In this document: positions 57,695 through 64,000 of the stretch, piece after piece
Position numbering within the stretch: the first letter of the stretch is position 1
How the letters are laid out: each line of letters begins with the position of its first letter
Source of the DNA: an uncultured Actinomycetes bacterium
GTDB lineage: Bacteria > Actinomycetota > UBA4738 > HRBIN12
Length of the DNA stretch: 64,000 bases
Reading direction: 5' to 3'
NCBI GenBank assembly: GCA_963825635.1
Contig: CAWGTU010000003.1
Span: forward strand, 779,812-843,811
Position numbers and translations under genes: made by a program
Notes under the pieces: generated by a model
What the model was told of the DNA's origin: nothing
Databases searched by the model: none
What the model saw: only the letters and a program-made list of their open reading frames with translations

Positions 57695-58261
57695 TCACCA
57701 GAGCCGATCGATCGAGCCCGGGAAGAGCTCGACCCGACATCCCACGATGTCGTCAACCGCCGCCCGCGCGGGCTGTGTGAAGAACGCTCCGAGCGCAACC
57801 TTGTCGAGATCGTCGCTCGGGAAGGGATCGTCCGGCGTCCCGCCGACCAGCACGGTCCCCGCCAGGAGCTGCCACCCGGCCCGCTCATAGAACCCCTGCA
57901 ACGTGCGATCGGACGTGAAGAGGCCGAGGTCGTCACCTCGCGACCGGATCAGCTCGCGACCGGCACTCACGATCGCGTGACCATATCCGCGGCCCCTCAG
58001 GGCGGCGTCGGTCACCACCGTGGAGAGACCGCTCGCGACGAGGCAGCGACCACCGGGGCGGACCTCCTTCGTGAGCACGTCCAGCGCCGCTACCACCCGC
58101 TCGTCGTCGAGCAGCAAAACCGACACGGGCTGCAGCTCGGGGTCGTGCCACGGATGCGTTCCCGAAGGCTCCATCCCCGGCCACGCCTGCTCCTGCAGCG
58201 AGACTTGCTGGACACGCCACTTCCTCGGAACATCCGCCTCAGGGAACGAGACGAGCTTCAC
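57695..58261 (-). CDS. GNAT family N-acetyltransferase
   Basis: GNAT acetyl-CoA-binding motif (RGRGYGHAIVSAGRELIRSRG). Confidence 0.7.
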   Translation of the reverse strand: MKLVSFPEADVPRKWRVQQVSLQEQAWPGMEPSGTHPWHDPELQPVSVLLLDDERVVAALDVLTKEVRPGGRCLVASGLSTVVTDAALRGRGYGHAIVSAGRELIRSRGDDLGLFTSDRTLQGFYERAGWQLLAGTVLVGGTPDDPFPSDDLDKVALGAFFTQPARAAVDDIVGCRVELFPGSIDRLW

Positions 58262-58741
58262 GAGTCCGCGCCATGACGGGTGCCGACGAGCACGACGTCG
58301 ACGCCGGTCTGCACGACCTCGCCGCGCTGGTTCACCACACGCACGTCCATCGTGACGATGCCGCGGTCGGGCTTCGATCGCGATCGTCGTACGTCCGTGA
58401 CGGTCGATCGGGTTCGGATCGCATCGCCGGCGTACACCGGCGCGACGAATCGCCGTGACTCCTCGAGGTAGATCCCGAGTGCCCAGTCGTCGGCCGGGGT
58501 CGGCTGACCGCTCGAGATCGAGGTGACCAGCAGGCCGTGCACGATGGGCGCGACGTACGGCGAGCCATCGGCGACGGCCGTCGGGTCGCTATGCAGCGGG
58601 TTGTGGTCGTGGGTAAGCTCGGCGAACGAGGCGACGTCGGCCGCCGTGATCGTGCGAGGTTCGCTCGCGAGTGCAAGGCCGACCTCGATGTCTTCCAGGA
58701 AGATCGGTTCTCGACGTATCGCCATCTGCATCGCGAGCCTA
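58258..58741 (-). CDS. MaoC-like (R)-specific enoyl-CoA hydratase/dehydratase
   Basis: Hot-dog fold with the HDHNPLH motif. The stop overlaps the GNAT start. Confidence 0.7.
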
Positions 58742-58761
58742 GCAACGGCTAGCATCGGCCC

Positions 58762-59529
58762 GTGAACATCGCGGTGCTCGTGAAATGGGTCCCCGAGCCC
58801 CAGGGCACGCCCACGCTCGGCCCCGACCATCTGCTCGTGCGAGAAGGTGCCGATGGCTCGCTCGACCCCGGCGACGAGTACGGGCTCGAGCGAGCCCTGC
58901 AACTGGTGGAGCGTGACGCCGGTGAGGTCATCGCGATCTCGATGGGCCCCGAGGTCGCGGCCGCGGCCGTGCAACGCGCCCTCGCGATGGGAGCCGCGCG
59001 CGGGATGCTCGTGACCGACGATGCCCTGCGCGGCGCCGACACCCTCGTCACCGCCAGGGTGCTCGCCGCAGCGATCCGCTCGGTCGATGCCGATCTCGTT
59101 GTCGCGGCGGTGGAGTCGACCGACGGGTACACGGGGACCCTTCCGATCACCGTCGCCGAGCTGCTCGGCTTGCCGAGCGTAACGTTCGTCACCTCCCTCG
59201 ACGTCGTCGGGTCCGAGCTCCGCGCCGAGCGACAGACCGCCGCAGGAGCCGAGGTCGTCGAGAGCCCGCTGCCCGCGCTGGTCACTGTGACGACCGGCGT
59301 GGCGGAGCCGCGGTATCCGAGCCTCAAGGGCGTGATGGCCGCGAAATCGAAGCCTCTGGACCGCCCCTCGCTCGCAGACCTCGGTCTGACCGGCGACGAT
59401 GTGAGTCCGTCGCAGACGGTCGCCTCGGTCGAGGCCGCACCGGAGAAGGCGGGGGGGCGGGTGACCGAGGCCGGACCCGAGACGGCGGCCGAGATCGCCG
59501 ACCTGCTGGCCGAGGCGCGGGTGATCTGA
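58762..59529 (+). CDS. etfB: electron transfer flavoprotein subunit beta
   Basis: MNIAVLVKWVPEP... is the canonical EtfB N-terminus. Length 255 aa. Confidence 0.9.
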   Translation: MNIAVLVKWVPEPQGTPTLGPDHLLVREGADGSLDPGDEYGLERALQLVERDAGEVIAISMGPEVAAAAVQRALAMGAARGMLVTDDALRGADTLVTARVLAAAIRSVDADLVVAAVESTDGYTGTLPITVAELLGLPSVTFVTSLDVVGSELRAERQTAAGAEVVESPLPALVTVTTGVAEPRYPSLKGVMAAKSKPLDRPSLADLGLTGDDVSPSQTVASVEAAPEKAGGRVTEAGPETAAEIADLLAEARVI

Positions 59530-59530
59530 G

Positions 59531-60493
59531 ATGGCGAGCGTGTGGATCTGGGCCGACGTAGCGCTCGACGGTGTGGCCTCGTCCGCGCTCGAGCTGCTCG
59601 CGAAGGCCCGAGCCCTCGGTGACGACGTGTGCGCGGTGGCGCTGGGACCGGGCGCGACGGGAGCAGCAGTGACATTGGGCGAGCACGGCGCCGCTCGCGT
59701 CTACGCCTGCGACGACGAGCGCCTCGCCGAGCCGACCTCGCGCGTGGCCGCTCACACGCTCGCCGCGCTCGTCGTCGAGCACTCCCCCGACCTCGTGCTG
59801 CTCCCCTCGTCCTACCGAGGACGTGACGTCGCCGGACGTCTCCAGGCGATCACCGGCTCCACGCTCATGGCCAACGCCGTCGACCTCCCGTCGACCGACC
59901 GAGCACGCGCGGAGACCCTCGGCGGCACCACGGTCGTCGACGTCGACCTGGGCGGTCCTGCACCCCGGCTCGTGCTGATGCGGCCTCGGTCGTTCGAGCC
60001 GTCGGCGGTGGGTGACTCGGCCGAGGTCGTCGAGGTCGATGTGGTCGAGCCGGACGGGTTCGTCTCGACGCGCGTGCTCGAACGAACCGACACCGTCTCT
60101 GCCGGACCGAGCCTGGAGGAGGCGCGGGTCGTGCTCGCAGGAGGACGTGGGCTCGGGGGGCCCGACGGGTTCCGCGTGCTCGAGGAACTCGCCGAGGCGA
60201 TCGGCGGCGCCGCGATCGGCGCCTCGCGGGCCGCGGTCGACGCCGGCTGGATGCCCTACGCATCACAGATCGGGCAGACGGGCGCCACCGTCAAGCCAGA
60301 GGTCTACCTCGCGGCGGGCATCAGCGGGGCGCTGCAGCATGCCGTCGGCATGAAGGGCTCGCGGCGCATCGTCGCGATCACGAAGGACCCTGAGGCGCCG
60401 ATCCTCGAGCTGGCGGACCTCGGCGTGGTCGGCGACCTCTTCCAGGTGCTGCCGGCGCTCACGGAGGAGATCCGCCGACGGACCGGGCGCTGA
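59531..60493 (+). CDS. etfA: electron transfer flavoprotein subunit alpha
   Basis: C-terminal FAD-binding region ([42 protein letters not shown]). Confidence 0.9.
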   Translation: MASVWIWADVALDGVASSALELLAKARALGDDVCAVALGPGATGAAVTLGEHGAARVYACDDERLAEPTSRVAAHTLAALVVEHSPDLVLLPSSYRGRDVAGRLQAITGSTLMANAVDLPSTDRARAETLGGTTVVDVDLGGPAPRLVLMRPRSFEPSAVGDSAEVVEVDVVEPDGFVSTRVLERTDTVSAGPSLEEARVVLAGGRGLGGPDGFRVLEELAEAIGGAAIGASRAAVDAGWMPYASQIGQTGATVKPEVYLAAGISGALQHAVGMKGSRRIVAITKDPEAPILELADLGVVGDLFQVLPALTEEIRRRTGR

Positions 60494-60678
60494 GCGCGGC
60501 GCTGCTCGCCGTCGCGGTCGCCGCCGCGGCGGTCCTCGCCTGGCGCCGGGCGGCCCCGCGGCTGGCCACCCTCCGCGCCGCGCGGCCCGACGAGCCGGAG
60601 CGGGCGGGTCCCGCCGGCGATCGCGCACGACGTGAGCTCATCGAGGTCGCCGGGCAACGCAAGCTCTTCCAGCGGCTC

Positions 60679-62472
60679 GTGCCGGGTCTGATGCACGCCG
60701 CGATCTTCTGGGGCTTCATCGTGCTGCTGCCCACGATCGTGGAGGCGGCGATCGCGATCGTGGACCGCGACGGCCATCTTCCCCTGGTCGGCGACACGGC
60801 CTGGTTCGCATGGATCGTCGACGTGTTCGCCCTCGGGGTGCTCGCCGGTGTCACGGTCGCGGTGTGGATCCGCAAGGTCCAGCGTCCCGATCGCTTCCGC
60901 GGCTCGCACCTCGAGGAGGCGGACCGCATCCTGCTGATGATCACGGCGATCGTCGTCTCGTTGCTGCTGTGGCAGGCGACCCGGGTCGCGCTCGGACTCG
61001 TCGGCGTCGAGGGTCCCGTCTCCGGATGGCTCGCCGGCTCGATCGACGGCATGTCGGCCGGTTCCCTCGAGGCGGCCGAGCGCATCCTGGTCTGGCTGCA
61101 CCTGCTGCTCGTGCTCGCGTTCCTCGTCTACCTGCCGGGGTCCAAGCACCTACACATCGTGACGGCCGCCCCCAACGTGTGGCTCGCGAAGACCGCCCCG
61201 AGCGGTCACCTGACGCCGTTGCGCATCGATCTCGACGCCCCCGAGGAAGACCTGCGGTTCGGGGCCGCCGTCGCCACCGACCTCACGAGGAAGCAGACCC
61301 TCGACCTGTTCTCGTGCACCGAGTGTGGCCGCTGTCAGGACGTCTGTCCCGCCTGGGCCACGGGGAAGCCGCTCAGCCCGAAGCTGCTGATCATGGGACT
61401 GCGCGATCACGTGACCGCCGTGCCGCCGACCGGCGAGGTCGAGCTGCAGCCGCTCGTGCCGAACGCGGTGACCGACGAGGTCGTGTGGGACTGCGTCACG
61501 TGCGGCGCGTGCGTGCGGGAGTGCCCGGTCGACATCGAGCACGTCGACACGATCGTCGATCTGCGACGTCACCTCGTGATGGCCGAGTCGCGGTTCCCCT
61601 CGGAGGCGGGGGCACTGCTCCGCGGGGTCGAGGGCCCGGGAGAGAACCCGTGGGGCCAGCCGGCGAGCGCCCGCCTGGACTGGGCGGAAGGACTCGACGT
61701 GCGCGTGCTCGCGCCGGGCGACCCCGCGCCCGAGGTGCTCTTCTGGGTCGGATGCGCAGGCGCGTTCGACGAGCGGGCGCGCGAGGCGACCCGCTCGACC
61801 GCGCGTCTCCTGCAGGCCGCCGGCGTCGACGTCGCCGTGCTCGGCACGCGCGAGTCGTGCACGGGCGACCCCGCCCGGCGCATGGGCCACGAGTTCCTCT
61901 TCCAGACGCTCGCCGAGCGCAACGTCTCGACGCTGAACGAGGCCGGCGTGACGACGATCGTCGCGAGCTGCGCGCACTGCTTCAACACGCTCGCGAACGA
62001 GTACCCCGACTACGGCGGCACCTACGAGGTCGTGCACCACTCCGAGCTGCTGGCGAGGCTCGTGCGTGAGGGCCGGCTGCACCCTTCGCGCGACTCGGTC
62101 GCGGTGACCTACCACGACGCGTGCTACCTCGGTCGCCACAACGACCGGTACGACGCACCGCGCGACGTGCTCGGCGCCGTCGCCGGCGGGGTCGAGGAGA
62201 TGCCACGCACCCGCGAGCGCTCGTTCTGCTGCGGCGCCGGCGGCGCGCGCTTCTGGATGGAGGAGGGAGGCGACGCTCGCGTCAACGAGACGCGCTACGC
62301 GGAAGCCGCGGGCACCGGCGCCGAGGTCGTCGCGACGGCCTGTCCCTTCTGCCTCGTGATGCTGGACGACGCGGCGAACGCAGCGGGCAGCGGCCCCGAG
62401 GTCGCCGACATCGCGACCCTGCTCGCCCGCTCCGCGCTCACCGAGGGGAACGCGGGCCCAGCGTCGTCGTGA
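60679..62472 (+). CDS. EtfD-like membrane-bound Fe-S oxidoreductase (N-terminal TM domain + two 4Fe-4S ferredoxin motifs + CCG domains; heterodisulfide-reductase-D/GlpC-like)
   Basis: Ferredoxin motifs [12 protein letters not shown] and [15 protein letters not shown]-domain cysteines ([39 protein letters not shown]). N-terminal TM helices. Lies immediately downstream of etfBA. The first canonical start is GTG 60679, but protein-like sequence in the same frame extends upstream to about 60496 with no ATG/GTG (see findings). Confidence 0.75.
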   Translation: MPGLMHAAIFWGFIVLLPTIVEAAIAIVDRDGHLPLVGDTAWFAWIVDVFALGVLAGVTVAVWIRKVQRPDRFRGSHLEEADRILLMITAIVVSLLLWQATRVALGLVGVEGPVSGWLAGSIDGMSAGSLEAAERILVWLHLLLVLAFLVYLPGSKHLHIVTAAPNVWLAKTAPSGHLTPLRIDLDAPEEDLRFGAAVATDLTRKQTLDLFSCTECGRCQDVCPAWATGKPLSPKLLIMGLRDHVTAVPPTGEVELQPLVPNAVTDEVVWDCVTCGACVRECPVDIEHVDTIVDLRRHLVMAESRFPSEAGALLRGVEGPGENPWGQPASARLDWAEGLDVRVLAPGDPAPEVLFWVGCAGAFDERAREATRSTARLLQAAGVDVAVLGTRESCTGDPARRMGHEFLFQTLAERNVSTLNEAGVTTIVASCAHCFNTLANEYPDYGGTYEVVHHSELLARLVREGRLHPSRDSVAVTYHDACYLGRHNDRYDAPRDVLGAVAGGVEEMPRTRERSFCCGAGGARFWMEEGGDARVNETRYAEAAGTGAEVVATACPFCLVMLDDAANAAGSGPEVADIATLLARSALTEGNAGPASS

Positions 62473-62488
62473 GGGCTCACGCCGCGCC

Positions 62489-63661
62489 TCAGACGAACGC
62501 GCGGTGGCCGGTGAGCAGGCCGCCGATCACGAGGGTGTGGACCTCCTCGGTGCCCTCATACGTGATCACGGACTCCAGGTTCGTCATGTGGCGCATGATC
62601 GGATACTCGAGCGTGATGCCGTTCGCGCCGAGGATGCCCCGCGAGCTCCGGGCGATCTTCAGCGCCTCGCGCGTGTTGTTCAGCTTCCCGATCGAGACGT
62701 GCTCGGGCCGGAGCCTCCCCTCGTCCTTCATGCGGCCGAGGTGGTAGGCGAGGAGGGTGCCCTTCTCGATCTCGAGGGCCATGTCGGCGAGCTTCTTCTG
62801 CGTTAGCTGGAACGCACCGATCGGCTTGCCGAACTGCACGCGCTCCTTCGCGTAGTTCAGCGCCGACTCGAAACACGCCCGGGCCGCCCCCATCACACCC
62901 CAGACGATGCCGTAGCGCGCCTCGTTGAGGCACGACAGCGGGCCCTTCAATCCCTCGACACCCGGAAGCACCGCCCCCGCCGGCAGCCGCACGTCGTCCA
63001 TCACCAGCTCGCTGGTGACGCTCGCCCGCAGCGACATCTTCTTGTGGATATCGGGCGCGCTGAAGCCGGGCGCGTCACACGGGACCACGAACCCGCGCAC
63101 GCCGTCCTCGGTGTTCGCCCACACGATGGCCACGTCGCTCACGCTGCCATTGGTGATCCACATCTTCGTGCCGTTCAGCACCCAGTCGTCGCCGTCGCGC
63201 CGAGCGAACGTACGCATCGATCCCGGGTCGCTGCCCGAGTCGGGCTCGCTGAGCCCGAAGCATCCGATCGCGTCGCCACTCGTCATCCGCCCGAGCCACT
63301 CCGCCCGCTGCTCGTCGCTGCCGTAGGTGAGGATCGCGAACATCGCGAGCGCGCTCTGTACGGACACGAACGACCGCAGACCCGAGTCGCCGGCCTCCAG
63401 CTCGAGCTCGACCAGGCCGTAGGCCACCGCGTTCAGGCCGAGCATGCCCTCGCCCCGCAGCTGCATGCCGAGGAACCCCATCTCTCCGAGCTCCTTCGCG
63501 AGGTCGCGCGCCGGGAACTCGCCGGCCTCGTACCAATCCTCGACCTCGGGCAGGATGCGGCCGCGCACCCACTCCCTGGCGGTATCGCGGGCCGCCCGTT
63601 CGTCGTCGCTCAGCAGGTGGTCGATGTCGAGCATGTCGTGAGGGTCGATCGGAGCGCTCAT
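62489..63661 (-). CDS. acyl-CoA dehydrogenase (glutaryl-CoA dehydrogenase-like), paralogue of 39288..40463
   Basis: Long runs identical to the 39288 gene product (GDSGLRSFVSVQ, SVITYEGTEE, FGKPIGAFQL). Confidence 0.85.
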   Translation of the reverse strand: MSAPIDPHDMLDIDHLLSDDERAARDTAREWVRGRILPEVEDWYEAGEFPARDLAKELGEMGFLGMQLRGEGMLGLNAVAYGLVELELEAGDSGLRSFVSVQSALAMFAILTYGSDEQRAEWLGRMTSGDAIGCFGLSEPDSGSDPGSMRTFARRDGDDWVLNGTKMWITNGSVSDVAIVWANTEDGVRGFVVPCDAPGFSAPDIHKKMSLRASVTSELVMDDVRLPAGAVLPGVEGLKGPLSCLNEARYGIVWGVMGAARACFESALNYAKERVQFGKPIGAFQLTQKKLADMALEIEKGTLLAYHLGRMKDEGRLRPEHVSIGKLNNTREALKIARSSRGILGANGITLEYPIMRHMTNLESVITYEGTEEVHTLVIGGLLTGHRAFV

Positions 63662-63691
63662 GGAGCGACGCTAGCACCTAGACTCGACCCC

Positions 63692-64000
63692 ATGGCTGCC
63701 ATCCTGCTCGTGCGCTGTGACCCGGAGGAGACGTTCGGCATCGCCACCGACACGCTCGCATCCGCGGGCGCTTCGACCGCCGTCTGGGACGCGATCGACG
63801 GCGAACCCCGCCCGACGCTCGACGACATCGACGGGGTGGCGCTGTTCGGCAGCTCGTACAACGTCGAGCATGCTGACGAGCGACCATTCATCAAGGAAGC
63901 CCGCGAGCTGACGCTCGAAGCGATCGACCGTGGCGTGCCGTACCTGGGCATCTGTTTCGGGGCACAGCTGCTCGCGTGGTCCCTCGACTCCGACGTCGTG
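63692..64000 (+). CDS. class I glutamine amidotransferase-like protein, 5' partial (runs off window)
   Basis: ATG 63692 opens a frame reading MAAILLVRCDPEE...GVPYLGICFGAQLLAWSLDSDV. The GICFGAQLL nucleophile-elbow motif is characteristic of GATase1. Not in the ORF track because there is no stop within the window. Confidence 0.55.
   Translation, partial: MAAILLVRCDPEETFGIATDTLASAGASTAVWDAIDGEPRPTLDDIDGVALFGSSYNVEHADERPFIKEARELTLEAIDRGVPYLGICFGAQLLAWSLDSDVV

Noticed and set aside
1-64000. CRISPR arrays, IS elements/transposases, integrases, phage genes, rRNA
   Set aside because: No direct-repeat/spacer periodicity, no transposase- or integrase-like ORFs, and no rRNA-like conserved stretches were found on either strand. 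The selC locus was specifically checked for an adjacent integrase and none is present.

Overview
This 64 kb window is very GC-rich (about 70-73 %) bacterial chromosomal DNA with actinobacterial-style gene content. It is almost entirely coding, and many neighbouring genes share overlapping start/stop codons (ATGA/GTGA). No CRISPR array, rRNA, transposase, integrase or prophage signature was seen. The single most notable element is a ~92-nt tRNA-like gene with anticodon UCA (tRNA-Sec, selC), sitting between a PadR regulator gene and a Pat-type GNAT/acyl-CoA-synthetase protein acetyltransferase gene; the ORF caller missed it.

Content from left to right:
- The 3' end of a type-I phosphodiesterase/nucleotide pyrophosphatase (NPP, alkaline-phosphatase superfamily) gene; two further paralogues occur later in the window.
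- GyrI-like protein, then a translationally coupled MoaD/ThiS-like plus BNR-repeat beta-propeller pair.
- HAD-IB hydrolase, PadR, selC, Pat-like acetyltransferase, MFS transporter, Ppx/GppA-HD phosphatase, an orphan PAS histidine kinase, an M20 peptidase and a Zn-dependent alcohol dehydrogenase (apparently frameshifted).
- PlsC acyltransferase, class-V aminotransferase-like protein, PAS-GGDEF cyclase and a group-2-like sigma-70 factor followed by a terminator hairpin.
- alpha/beta hydrolase, WS/DGAT acyltransferase, an orphan MerT-like membrane protein coupled to an AlaX-like tRNA-editing protein, EamA transporter and a second alpha/beta hydrolase.
- A 1176-aa fusion membrane protein (polytopic domain + Cys-containing extracytoplasmic domain + MFS), flanked by two divergently arranged NPP paralogues.
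- A zinc-type module: YraQ/UPF0718 permease + TIGR03943 protein, converging on zur-znuB-znuC-znuA.
- LLM oxidoreductase, MutY, CBS protein, acyl-CoA dehydrogenase, YciI + ECF sigma pair, MBOAT + SGNH O-acyltransferase pair, TrpB-like enzyme, Rieske protein, CDP-alcohol phosphatidyltransferase, GreA, aldehyde dehydrogenase, SDR.
- A GntR-controlled operon encoding a class-I aldolase, an MDR dehydrogenase and an FGGY kinase, and a GntR-operator-flanked small membrane protein.
- An ethanolamine-type module (Eat permease + GlnA-like gamma-glutamyl ligase, apparently frameshifted, + GNAT), MaoC dehydratase, and etfB-etfA followed directly by an EtfD-like membrane Fe-S oxidoreductase whose N-terminus lacks a canonical start.
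- A second acyl-CoA dehydrogenase paralogue and the 5' end of a class-I glutamine amidotransferase.

Two clean single-nucleotide frame breaks (ADH, GlnA-like) plus the start-less EtfD-like N-terminus suggest either assembly indel errors or real pseudogenisation. Many long reverse-strand ORFs in the supplied track are GC-skew artefacts and were not called.
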